A stretch of DNA of 16,609 nucleotides from contig NW_021825127.1 in the NCBI RefSeq assembly GCF_006345805.1, positions 1 through 16,609 on the forward strand, in the 5' to 3' direction. The stretch is from Octopus sinensis. Its lineage: Eukaryota. This document shows, piece by piece, positions 1-10,819 of this stretch (the stretch's first letter is position 1; each line of letters begins with the position of its first letter). The notes beneath the pieces were generated by a model, which searched no databases, was not told the origin of the DNA, and saw nothing but the letters and a program-made list of their open reading frames with translations. The position numbers were made by a program, and so were the translations under genes.

Positions 1-504
1 ATATTATTATTATTATTACTTTTTTTCTTCTTTCTTTCAAATTTGCTTCCATTTCTTGCCGAGTGTCTTCCCGACTCCTAGGGCAAAGAAACTCATAGTA
101 TACATTGGTAGACCATTAAACCAACTCAGTAGTTCGTCGTTCATTTTTTTTTCTATTTTTTAATTTTTTTTTTTTAAAGTTAATTAAATACATGAGCAGC
201 AACAGTTCTCACATCGTCAATGCTTTTCTCAATACGTCTGATGTACCAGTTAAGACAATCTTTTGCACTTCTTGCAGGGATGGTAAGCCAGGGATCATTC
301 TCATATAATTTTCGGTACCCTTCTTGATCATTCCTAGTGCTCCTACGATCACTGGTATTGTAACCCGCTTGAGATGCCACATTTTCTCAATTTCAATGAG
401 TAGGTCTTTATATTTTCTGAGCTTGTCAAACTCTTTCGCTGAGATATATGATCACAGGGGATGCTCATGTCGATCAATAAGCAAACTTTATTGTTTTGGT
501 CTTT
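1..504 (-). mobile_element. 5'-truncated R4/Dong-clade non-LTR retrotransposon 3' end (copy 1): endonuclease C-terminus, 3' UTR and (TAA)n tail
   Basis: My translation of the minus strand gives KDQNNKVCLLIDMSIPCDH, a 1-nt frameshift near 446, then ISAKEFDKLRKYKDLLIEIEKMWHLKRVTIPVIVGALGMIKKGTENYMRMIPGLPSLQEVQKIVLTGTSDVLRKALTM* (stop at 209-211). The ID..IP.D...KE..K..KY..L and TIP..GALG motifs match the restriction-like endonuclease end of R4/Dong/R2-group LINEs. A 3' UTR follows and ends in (TAA)n at 1-19. This frame is not in the ORF track. Confidence 0.85.
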
Positions 505-547
505 TTCTTCTTCTTCTTCTTCTTCTTCTTCTTCTTTCTTCTTCTTC

Positions 548-1090
<543 letters not shown>

Positions 1091-1710
1091 CACACTTAAA
1101 TATTATAACACTTACTATCAAGGAGGGCACGACAGGCACCATCAGCGTCATCATCATTATCACCATCTCCATCATAATTGTTATCAGTACCATGATGAAT
1201 GACCATCATCATCTCTCAGTATATGATGTATTATTAATGCGTTCATTCGAGAAAATAATTTAGAAAATTCACAAATACCATCAAATAAATGAATTTTAAA
1301 ATATAAGATACAAAGATATTTGAAACAGTTAATCAAAGATACAGATTTTGAAAAAAAATTTAAAAAAAAACGGAAACTGCTTTTAAAATAGTTTTTGTCG
1401 CGACAATAGTTATTATTCAGTTTAATGATTTATTCTGTGTTTCTCCCCGGTTATAAACTATTTATTGTATTTTCAATTTTTAATTACTTACTTTTCATTA
1501 TCTATCTTTCCTTTGCTCTGTTTGTTTTCCCCGCTTTCCTTTTTGCTATAATTACTTTTAAAAAAATTAATTGTATTTCGTTCTTACTGCTTTCCAAAAA
1601 TTTGTATTAAATATTTTATAGATGCATCCACTACTGTAACTTCAGTCGATGATGCGTTCGATTCATACTCACCGTAAATCTCTTTAGTCGTGCGTATATG
1701 CTTTGATATG

Positions 1711-1940
1711 CTCTTTTACTCTTTTACTTGTTTCAGTCATTTCAGTGTGGCCATGCAGGAGCACTGCCTTTAAGTCGAGCAAATCGACCCCAGGACTTAT
1801 TCTTTGTAAGCCTAGTTCTTATTCGATCGGTCACTTTCGCCGAACCGCTAAGTTACGGGGACGTAAACACACCAGCATCGGTTGTCAAGCGATGTTGGAG
1901 GAGGGGTACAAACAGTGACACATAAACATATATACACACA
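1711..1940 (-). mobile_element. SINE family A, 3' half only
   Basis: Close match to the reverse complement of the 3' halves of the full copies at 7457 and 10820 (CAACCGATGCTGGTGTGTTTACGTCCCCGTAACTTAGCGGTTCGGC...TGACTGAAACAAG), with a (TAAAAGAG)n tail. Confidence 0.93.
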
Positions 1941-2240
1941 TTCCAAGGAATCTAATGGTCTTGGCTTAGTTTTCTTTGGGGCTGGCCAGATTGGAGCTAT
2001 CTCAAGATTAATCAGCCGAAATTGCGAGGATGATCCGGTTCTTGACTGAAGATAAAAGGCTTCGAATGACACGTTCGTGAATTATTTTTTCTTTGTATCG
2101 TCTATCTGGATGTTTCGTTGTACCCTTTTGTATCACCTAGTTATCCATCTAAACAGGAAGAGTTAATCTCACAAGGTAGCGTAACCTGTAGAAGCTGGTC
2201 AATATATAACTCGATGCACGCAGTATTAAGGTTTGCTATG

Positions 2241-2348
2241 ACACACACAAACACATACGCACACACGCACACACACTCACACACACACACACACACACAC
2301 AAATACACGTACATACATACAAACATGCATACACTTGTACGTGTGCGC
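2241..2348. repeat. (CA)n / (CATA)n compound microsatellite
   Basis: Read directly. Confidence 0.92.
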
Positions 2349-2813
2349 GTCTATGTGTATAAGCGTGGATTATAATCCCAAACTGCAAAGTTACATGACT
2401 AAAGACCATACACGACTCCCGTAGGTGTTTCTATTCCTTTTAACTATCGATGGAGCGCTTAACATTTAACTTTGTTTTTATGAAATTGAGGTTTGTTAGT
2501 TTGCTGGTTATTTTTGAATAATCAGTGTAACGTACATAACTGTAAAATAATCTATATTTAAGAATAATTGCACTTCCTGTAAAAGTGTGAATGGCATACG
2601 TTGAAAAGCTTTCGTTGGTTGGACAGACATTTTTATTATTCTCATAAATGTTTACAGGATAGATTTTTTTTTTTTAATAATATAAGTCGGTGTTTTCCCT
2701 GTCTGTTAACAAATCACCTAATAAATTAATTAATTTAGGGAGATAATTATTGATATATTGATCAGTCAATAATGGGAAATAAACAAAAAAAGAGAAAATT
2801 CTATCCTTGTGAA

Positions 2814-3067
2814 TTTACTCTTTTACTTGTTGTTTCAGTCATTTAACTGTGGCCATACTGGAGCACCGCCTTTAGTCGACCAAATCGACCCCAGGACTTA
2901 TTCTTTGTAAGCCTAGTACTTATTTTATCGGTTCTTTTGCCGAACTGCTAAGTTACGGGGACGTAAACACACCAGCATCGGTTGTCAAGCGATGTTGGGG
3001 GGACAAACACGGACACACAAACATAGTCACACACACACACATATATATATATACACATATGTACGAC
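2814..3067 (-). mobile_element. SINE family A, 3' half plus internal (TA)(TG) tract
   Basis: Same diagnostic 3' sequence and tail as other A copies; stops at GTACGAC, where the A 5' half would normally begin. Confidence 0.93.
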
Positions 3068-3068
3068 A

Positions 3069-3230
3069 ATTATATCGACCCCAGTACGCAACTAGTACTT
3101 AATTTATTGACCCCGAAAGGATGAGTGGCAAAGTCAACCTTCGCGGAATTGGAACTCAGAACGTAAAGACAGACGAAATACCGCCAAGCATTCCGCCTGG
3201 CGTGCTAACGTTTCAGCCAGCTTGCCGCCT
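3069..3230 (-). mobile_element. SINE family B, 5' portion fused to the family A 3' half
   Basis: Minus strand reads AGGCGGCAAGCTGGCTGAAACGTTAGCACGCCAGGCGGAATGCTTGGCGGTATTTCGTCTGTCTTTACGTTCTGAGTTCCAATTCC..., matching the copies at 6382-6811; it contains a Pol III B-box-like GAGTTC.AATTCC. Confidence 0.92.
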
Positions 3231-3261
3231 TTCTTACATTGCGTTAATGATACAAAAACAA

Positions 3262-3424
3262 TGATTGCCGTTTAATCCCGGATCAGTTACGGTCAGAGAC
3301 GTTCCATATTCGACTAACGCGTCATCTTCTCCCAGAGAGTCAATTTACATCATTTATTGGCTTTCTCTATTACAAAAGTAGTGTTTGACTCACTCGAGGG
3401 ATATTTGGTTACTATTTCTATCAG
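3262..3424 (-). repeat. Old dispersed repeat, family E (SINE- or LINE-3'-like), copy 1
   Basis: The reverse complement of 3398-3424 (CTGATAGAAATAGTAACCAAATATCCC) resembles 4228-4253 and 6191-6217. Boundaries are approximate. Confidence 0.45.
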
Positions 3425-3622
3425 TGAATGCCAACAGTTAGAAATTTGGTCAAGGATTCAGTATCGTTTGTGATACTGATATTGAATACGAATCGTTTTC
3501 GATTAGCATGAGAAATGCGATAATTGTACTCTGACAATGGAGTTGATCTGTGTACGATTGATTAGCAGATTCAATAGAGTCTCCTAACTAAATGACTTAC
3601 TGTGTATTTTCCGGCTCCTTCC

Positions 3623-3732
3623 CTCTGAGTTTGCCATTACCTTTCATCTTTTCATGGTCGATAAATGACATACCAGGCAAATACTTTGATCGCTTTAATT
3701 AACTAACCCTCTCCCCGCAAAATTAATGGCTC
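3623..3732 (+). mobile_element. Highly decayed SINE family B fragment
   Basis: CTGAG...CCTTTCATCTTTTCATGGTCGATAAA...ATACCAG...CCCTCTCCCCGCAAAATT follows the order of B motifs. Confidence 0.55.
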
Positions 3733-3757
3733 TCTGCTCGAATTGGTCTCCACTCAT

Positions 3758-3950
3758 GGTGCTAGACTGGCTGAATCATTAGAGGGTCGGACAGAAATTA
3801 CTTACGGTATTTTTTCCAGCCCTTTCCGTTCTGAGTTCAAATCCTGCTGTGGTCGAATTGATTTATATTCGAATTGAAGCTATAAAATAAAATACCAGTC
3901 AAATATTCTACCCCAGCACGAAATTACAGGCTTTACACCTATGTTAAAGA
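3758..3950 (+). mobile_element. Decayed SINE family B copy
   Basis: GGTATTT...CGTTCTGAGTTCAAATCCTGCTGTGGTCGA...ATAAAATACCAGT...AAATTACAGGCTTTACACCT is colinear with the B copies. Confidence 0.7.
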
Positions 3951-4194
3951 GAAGTGAAGGTGAATCCTCGCTCTCGTTGGTTCTGGTTACATTGGAATAC
4001 TCAAATACTCCATTCTTAATTCTACGCCTCCAAATTATTTTCTCCCAATGTGTTTGTTTCTATTTGTTTATTCATTTTATAATGGCTTTCGTTATTCATT
4101 TAAGTATATTCAAGTTATTTCGCTCATATTATTTTAAATAACAATTTAAATCACTATTATTCGGTGTCTTCCAAATTTTCCATTCCATCATCTC

Positions 4195-4395
4195 TAAAGA
4201 AGCCTCTATACATGGCTGTTGCGCGACCTGCAAGAAATAGAAACGAAGTATTCTTGTAATCACAGACAAACCCAATAGATAATGTATTTTTACTTACACA
4301 TGGAAACACGAGATGGGCATGGCTAGAGTACGGTTAACGTAAAAGTGTACCTGATAAGAACTGATCTCTGGCTGAATAACATCACCACCACCACA
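4195..4395 (+). repeat. Old dispersed repeat, family E, copy 2
   Basis: Core CTGCAAGAAATAGAAACGAAGTATTC at 4228-4253; ends in an (ACC/AAC)-like tail. Boundaries are approximate. Confidence 0.4.
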
Positions 4396-4429
4396 CACAT
4401 TTCCATCAACCATAGCAACAAAAACAATA

Positions 4430-5040
4430 AACAGCCACAACAAAAACATATATGCATTTTACATACTCAAACACATAAAAGCTCATACAGTTCACTATAC
4501 ATCTTCTCACATACTCAAACACACAAATATTCAGACACTAAAGTAATCATAGTCAAATTCTCAAAAATAATCATAAAGTCAAATACTCAAAATAGTCAAG
4601 TACTCAAAAACTGAAACACTGCTATACACAACCTCTCATATTCTCATGCATTGCCATACCCATACCCTTAAACACTGAAACACTCAGGTTGTCTTAAAAA
4701 CAAATATTCAATCATTTAAATACTCACATCCATACACGCTTTTTCTATACTCAGTGTTGTATCTAGAAATCGTAGAGACACCAACCCAACGCAGGAAAGA
4801 TAAAAGAGCCGCATACATTCACTGAATTATGCATACACAGACATACATAGAGACAGACATGCGTACAGACAGGCATGCATAGAGACAGGCATACAGAGAA
4901 ACTCTAATGAAAACACCTAAACACACGTAAGAGGCACTCATTAAGAAACACACGAATATATACACTGGCACAAACACACGCTGACGTACTCCCACACATA
5001 CGTATGATGTGTAAATACGAGAGTGAAGACACATGCACAA
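4430..5040. repeat. Degenerate CA-rich low-complexity tract
   Basis: Recurring ACTCAAA / ACACA / CATAC / ACAG units; strongly A/C-biased on the plus strand. Confidence 0.7.
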
Positions 5041-5380
5041 ACATCGTGTGTTTTGCCGTTTTTATTCGATTTGGGACTAGTATCGCTCTAATGGGAGACG
5101 AAACCTCTTCATTTAACAAAACATTCATCAATAAGCCATCCCAGTTGTACCACGACCAACACCTACACCATCATTACACCGATACAACTGTACATTTCTT
5201 CATAAGCACATCTGAATCTTTCCTTTTATTAGTGCCATCATTTCTTTGATGCGTATCAATGAGTAATTCCTCGGTGGATACAATACCGCCATTTTGGATA
5301 CAATATCGCCATTTTGAATGAGACAACAAACAAACAATAACGTATCGAGTGATGAGATTTTTTCTCCTCCGTCGTAGGAA

Positions 5381-6120
5381 TCAATATCAACATCATCAGT
5401 AACAACACTGTAATCATTATAACAACAACCACAACCACAACCACTACCACAACCACCAGCACAACTACCACCATTACTATCACTGCTACTCACAACCAGG
5501 AGTACCATCATTATCGGCAGCGTCACCGTCGCATAACAACATCAGTAACACAATCTCTACTGCAGAACAACCTAACCACCACCAGTACCATCGCTACAAC
5601 CACGACCATCACCACCAACTCTACCCAACGCCGCAAACAGCACCATCATCGCCAGCAGCACTAACACATTAAGCACAACCATTACCATGACACCGCCTCC
5701 ATCCCCACCTCCAGCACCATCATTACCATAATCATCACAACCATCACCACCACCACCACCACCATCGCCACCACCACCATCACCACCATCAAAACTAACA
5801 CACTGCTATCATTAAACCACAACCTCTACTCCAACAGCACTACCACCAACACCGAAACACACACTAACTGTCACAACTACTACAACTACTACCACCACAA
5901 CCACTACCATCACCATCACCACCATCACCATCACCATCAGCAACATATACACTCACTGTCACTGCAACTACTGCTACCTCTACTACTACCACCAGCAACA
6001 ACAACACCCACACTCACTACCACTACCTCTACCACCCCCACCTGCAGCTACTACTACTAGTACTATCACCACCACCGACGTCAACAACAACACCGCCACC
6101 GCAACCACCACTACCCCCTC
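5381..6120. repeat. Long degenerate trinucleotide tract (ACC/ACT/AAC/ATC)n
   Basis: About 740 bp with 3-bp periodicity; the register shifts repeatedly and the frame I translated hits a stop. Confidence 0.88.
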
Positions 6121-6164
6121 GTATACACCACATTCTCAAATTCCTTACATTGCACTAGTCCGCA

Positions 6165-6395
6165 AGGGAGTTTCTATGCGGCAGCACGGCTTGGTAGAAA
6201 TAGCAAGCAAATTTTCCTCTAATGGAACCATAATATCTTTTGGTGCGAAATAAGAAACTTGAGAAACGTAGTCCTGCATATAACTAAAAACACGTGAAGG
6301 CCACGGTTGGAAGTCATTAGGTTATAAGACTATCTGCTCGATCAGTTCTGAGTACACAACAATAAAAGCCGGAGTAAAAAGAACAACAACAATAA
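6165..6395 (+). repeat. Old dispersed repeat, family E, copy 3
   Basis: Core TTGGTAGAAATAGCAAGCAAATTTTCC at 6191-6217, then GTAGTCCT, GGCCACGGTTGG and TCTGCTCGATCAG, and an (AAC)n tail. Confidence 0.5.
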
Positions 6396-6595
6396 TGGTT
6401 TCAAATTTTGCCACAAGGGCAACAATTTTTTTTTGTTTTTGTTTTGTTTTGTTCGACTGGTACTTATTTTATTGACCCCGAAGGAATGAAAGATATAGTC
6501 GACCTCGGCGGAATTTGAACTGTGAACGTACCAACGGGCGATATACCGCTAAGCATTTCATCCAGCGCGCTAACGGTTCTGCCAGCTTGCCGCCT
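6382..6595 (-). mobile_element. SINE family B, near full length with an internal T-rich replacement
   Basis: Head AGGCGGCAAGCTGGCAGAACCGTTAG, B-box-like GTTCAAATTCC, CGAGGTCGAC, 3' CCTTGTGGCAAAATTTGAAACC and (ATT/GTT)n tail. Confidence 0.9.
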
Positions 6596-6598
6596 TAC

Positions 6599-6811
6599 TA
6601 ACAACAACAATAATTCTTTCTACTGGAAGTAGAGGCCTTAAATTTGGGGAAGAGATTAAGATGATTACATCGATCCCAGTGCGTAACTGGTACTCATTTC
6701 ATCGACCCCGAAAGGATAAAAGGCAAAGTCCACCTCGGCGGAATTTGAACTCAGAACGTGGCAGCAGACGTGGCAGCCTGGCGTGCTAACGATTCTGTCA
6801 GCTCGCTGCCT
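6599..6811 (-). mobile_element. SINE family B, near full length
   Basis: Head AGGCAGCGAGCTGACAGAATCGTTAG, GAGTTCAAATTCCGCCGAGG, CCTTTCGGGGTCGAT, AGTACCAGTTACGCACTGGGATCGAT, and (ATT/GTT)n tail. Confidence 0.92.
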
Positions 6812-6880
6812 TAACAACAACGATAATAAACCTTTCTATTGGAGGCACAAGGCCTCAAATTTGTGGGGTGGGGACCAGTC
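6812..6880 (-). mobile_element. SINE family B, 3' end fragment
   Basis: CCCCACCCCACAAATTTGAGGCCTTGTGCCTCCAATAGAAAGG plus tail, matching the 3' end of the adjacent copy. Confidence 0.8.
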
Positions 6881-6892
6881 TCACTAAACAGT

Positions 6893-6957
6893 TAAAGGTG
6901 GTGCCCCAGCTTGGCCGCAGTCCAATGATTGAATCAAGTAAAGAATGAAAGATAAAA
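6893..6957 (+). mobile_element. SINE family A, 3' end fragment
   Basis: TAAAGGTGGTGCCCCAGCTTGGCCGCAGTCCAATGATTGAATCAAGTAAAGAATGAAAG matches the A 3' terminus. Confidence 0.82.
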
Positions 6958-7134
6958 CACTTTTTGATAACCTGGAACTTTCTATATAGACAGTACTATC
7001 ACTAAAAACATCAAGACCTTAGATATATAAGACAGTGTCATTCTTCGTGTAGCAGATGACAGACTTCCTGGATGAAAGACAGAGTTTTAAAGAGCACCGG
7101 GCCACGGTTGATTTGAGGATAGACAGCAAGAAAG

Positions 7135-7271
7135 GTAGTGAATTAACAGACTCGTACGTGCATTGGATAAAATGCTTTGGTGCAGGATATTCTTCCCGGT
7201 ATTCTATACTCTGAGTTCAAATACGATCAAGGTAATCTTTGTCTTCCATAATTTCGGGGTCGACAAAGTAG
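7135..7271 (+). mobile_element. Decayed SINE family B, 5' portion
   Basis: AAAATGCTT...CTCTGAGTTCAAAT...CTTTGTCTTCCAT..TTTCGGGGTCGACAAA is colinear with B. Confidence 0.65.
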
Positions 7272-7456
7272 CGATGCGAGTTTCGATTCGTTTATTACTA
7301 TTCAATATACGAAGAAATATTTCGAATCATTCAAGATCAAGCGTTCGAAGGGATTCTAAATATTTATTCGCTGTAGGATGTGCCATAGCGGTATTTTCCT
7401 CTTGTTCGTAACTTGGAAATCAATATGGCGGATAAGGTTGATAGAGATTCCTCTAC

Positions 7457-7603
7457 ATGGCTGTGTGGTAAGTAGCTTGCTTACGAACAACATAGTTCCG
7501 GGCTCAGTCCCACTGCGTGGCACTTTGGGCAAGTGTCTTTTACTATAGCCTCAGGCCGACCAAAGCCTTGTGAGTGGATTTGGTAGACGGAAAGAAGCCT
7601 GTC

Positions 7604-7653
<50 letters not shown>

Positions 7654-7926
7654 ATGTGTGTGTGTTTGTATGTGTGTGTGTGTGTTTGTGTGTATATGTT
7701 TGTGTGTCAGTGTTTGTCCCCCAACATCGCTTGACAACCGATGCTGATGTGTTTACGTCCCCGTAACTTAGCGGTTCGGCGAAAGTGACCGATAGAATAA
7801 GAACTAGGCTTACAAAGAATAAGTCATGGGATCGAAATGCTCGACTAGAAGGCGGTGCTCCAGCATGGCCACCGACAAATGACTGAAACAATTAAAAGAG
7901 TAAAAGAGTAAAAGAATAAAAGATAA
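7457..7926 (+). mobile_element. SINE family A, near full length (tRNA-derived head, CORE-like CTTTGGGCAAG, internal microsatellite)
   Basis: Box-A-like TGGCTGTGTGG, box-B-like GGCTCAGTCCC, GGCACTTTGGGCAAGTGTCTT, internal (TA)n(TG)n, conserved 3' half and (TAAAAGAG)n tail. Confidence 0.94.
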
Positions 7927-8151
7927 CCCAAACCAAATTCAACTGAGAATATATTTGTCATAATGATCTATCTCGAACCCTATTTATTACATCCTTCCAG
8001 AATCAATGTAATAGTGTACCTGTTATATACTTGAGTCTATTTAATCGACTATATTCTCCCTCAGCTTTTGTTATATTGTATCTGTATTAAGAAGATTTGT
8101 TAAGGCGGAGATCAAATGCGAAGGAGTATTTATTTGTAATCTAGATTTTGA

Positions 8152-8363
8152 AGACAAAGAACTAGAAGAATCGTTAGCTCACGTGACAAAAAGCTTGGAG
8201 ACATTTCATCCATCTCTACTTTCTGAATTCAAATTCCGGCGCAGTCGATTTACCTCCCATCCTTCAAGGTTCAATAAAATAAATACCAGTTGAGTACTAG
8301 AGGTCGATTTAATCAGCTAGCCCCTCCCACAAAATTTCAGGCTTATTGCCCATAGTAGAAACG
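8152..8363 (+). mobile_element. Decayed SINE family B, full length
   Basis: GAATCGTTAGC...TTCTGAATTCAAATTCCGGCGCAGTCGAT...ATACCAGTTGAGTACTAGAGGTCGAT...CCCCTCCCACAAAATTTCAGGC...ATAGTAGAAA. Confidence 0.8.
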
Positions 8364-8454
8364 AAAGGATCTATATCTTGACTTCAAATCCTTGTCGATA
8401 TCAACTTTACATTAATTATTTGATTTAGTTAGCTTTAATTTTTACTCCGATTTT

Positions 8455-8670
8455 GATGCCAAAGAGCAAGGTGTATCATCAGCACGCAGGACGAACTTCT
8501 AAGACGCATTTCTTCCGTCTTTTATGTTCTGAGTTCAAATTCAACTGCAGTCTACTTTGACACCCAATCATTTTGGAATCAATAAAATAAGTACCAGTTG
8601 AACAGTAGGGTCGACGTAATCGACTAGGTCCTCCACCAAAACTTCTGGCGTATTGCCCTTAGTACTAAAG
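8455..8670 (+). mobile_element. Decayed SINE family B, full length
   Basis: ATTTCTTCCGTCTTTTATGTTCTGAGTTCAAATTC...AAATAAGTACCAGTTG...GGGTCGACGTAATCGACT...CCTCCACCAAAA. Confidence 0.8.
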
Positions 8671-8854
8671 AAAAGATGTACGTCGTTTCAAATTCATGTC
8701 GAAATCGAAGTTACATTTTTTACTCAATACGATTATGAGAACGCATGTTATATAACATATTCCTGTATAAGTTTGTTGATGATACATCAAGAATGATTAT
8801 TTTTTGTAGATGATATAGCAGTTTAGAGAATATATCTGACTATTTGTCCGGCGG

Positions 8855-9010
8855 TATATATATATATATATATATATCAGTAAATAATTAAACAATCAAT
8901 CAGCTGTATTTCCGAGAAAATATTCAGTTGTACATTCGGGTATTCACTCCTTTATGTCAATGTTGCTTTCCGTCCAACATATAGCATTGTTTTACTTTTA
9001 CAATTGAAGA

Positions 9011-9049
<39 letters not shown>

Positions 9050-9089
9050 GCGTGTGTGTATGTATTAATGCATATATTTCTGTCTGTGA

Positions 9090-9121
<32 letters not shown>

Positions 9122-9243
9122 GTCTCTATGTATGTGACTGTGTGTGTGTAGCTTGATGTCTATATATACAGGCATGTATGTATATGTATATATCTATATG
9201 TAAATATGTCTATATATGTATTCATACATGTAAGTGTGTGTAT

Positions 9244-9283
<40 letters not shown>

Positions 9284-9359
9284 CTTATATCTGTCTGTTT
9301 GTCCAACAATCTACCTATCTATCTGTCTGTCTATCTCTATCTCTCTCGCTCTGTCACTC

Positions 9360-9427
<68 letters not shown>

Positions 9428-9480
9428 ATAAACACACACACACAAATATAAACATATTTATACATAGGTACACAGAGACA
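8855..9480. repeat. Cluster of compound microsatellites: (TA)n, (TG)n, (CA)n, (TCTA)n, (CT)n
   Basis: Read directly. Confidence 0.93.
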
Positions 9481-10098
9481 CCCATATGCAGGTGTCGGTG
9501 TTGATGCAGCAGCAATGATTTCATTTTCTCCTCATAGGGGGCGTTACACTATTTTTTTGTCCCTTCATTATCTCTCGTTATTGCAGTATAAAAACGATAA
9601 ATATGCGTCTTAAATGAAACTGGCAAATTACGTGAAATACATAATGTTTTAGGTGTGAATGTTTTTATCTGTGGTAAGCTGAAGGCATTGTCTTTATTCT
9701 TTCTAAGCTACATCAGTCTTGTATAATAATTTATTTATTTAACCATTCTCTTTCAAGTTTTCTCTTGGGAAATAAGAAAGGAATTTTTTTATTTATACTC
9801 TGAACATTTTGCTTGTTGTTTCATTTTTTTTTTCTTCTATATTTAATCTTTTTTTGATTTGGTTTGCTGTTTATTTTTATGGGTACGACGTGAGGTTTAT
9901 TAAATTGTCTCCGATGGTGAGTATGTAAGTGGCTGGTCGAGGATTATGTTTCGATGGCTCGTCTGAAGCCAAACGTTTTCTTTTATTTTCTACGAAGAGA
10001 AACAAACTTTCCTCTTGTTTTGTAACTTAACTTTTTGCGATATATAAAATTCAAAGTAAATATATATACAGCATAAACATGGACGAATGAAAATAAAA

Positions 10099-10099
<1 letters not shown>

Positions 10100-10173
<74 letters not shown>

Positions 10174-10176
10174 GTA
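10100..10176. repeat. (TA)n microsatellite
   Basis: Read directly; abuts the tail of the SINE A copy at 10180. Confidence 0.95.
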
Positions 10177-10179
10177 TTC

Positions 10180-10593
10180 CTTTTTTTCTTTCTCTTATTC
10201 GTTTTAGTTATTAGACTGCGGCCAGGCTGGAGCACCGCCTTTAGTCGAACAAATCGAGCCCAGAACTTATTCTTTGTTAGCCTAGTACTTACTCTACCGA
10301 TCTCTTTTGCCAAACCGCTAAGTTACGGAGACGTAAACACACCAAAATCCTTGTTAAACGATGGCGGAGTCTTAAAAGACAGACACAAACACAAACACAC
10401 TTATATATATATATGTATATAGATAGATACGACGGGCTTTTTTCAGTTTCTGTCTACCAAATCCACTTGCAAGGCATTGGTTGGCCCGAGGCTACAGTAG
10501 AAGACACTTGCTCAAGGTGCCACGCAGTGGGACTGGACCAGGAACCATGTGGTTGGTAAACAAGGTACTTACCACACAGCTACTCGTGTGCCT
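10180..10593 (-). mobile_element. SINE family A, full length
   Basis: Minus strand begins AGGCACACGAGTAGCTGTGTGGTAAGTACC; its 5' 157 nt are about 91% identical (14 mismatches by my count) to the copy at 10820; 3' half and tail are present. Confidence 0.94.
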
Positions 10594-10819
10594 GGATATA
10601 AATATATATATATTTATATATATTTATACTTAGTTACGCAGACACACCTATTTGTAGGTGTCTGAGTTAATGCACCGTTATTATAGTAATGTTGCGGTAA
10701 TAGAAACATGTGTAGGTCTATTTCAAGCTATATATATATTTAAAAATAATTAAATAAAATGTCAATGCTAGTTGATCATAATTCTTCTTAATACTAGTAT
10801 GCATATGTATATATATATA

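Noticed and set aside
180-380. 66-aa minus-strand ORF MASQAGYN...
   Set aside because: It is an alternative frame over the LINE remnant; the meaningful frame is the one ending at 209-211.
1947-2048. Plus-strand peptide with LVFFGAGQIG resembling a Rossmann GxGxxG motif
   Set aside because: The frame closes after about 33 codons, has no credible splice donor and shows no further fold similarity; a chance match is likely.
2722-2737. Perfect 16-bp palindrome TAAATTAATTAATTTA
   Set aside because: It is A/T-only and low in information, so it is expected by chance in such AT-rich DNA.
5200-6120. Possible Thr-rich mucin-like or Val/Gly-rich CDS
   Set aside because: The triplet register shifts repeatedly, a stop interrupts the Thr frame, and there are no splice signals or domain.
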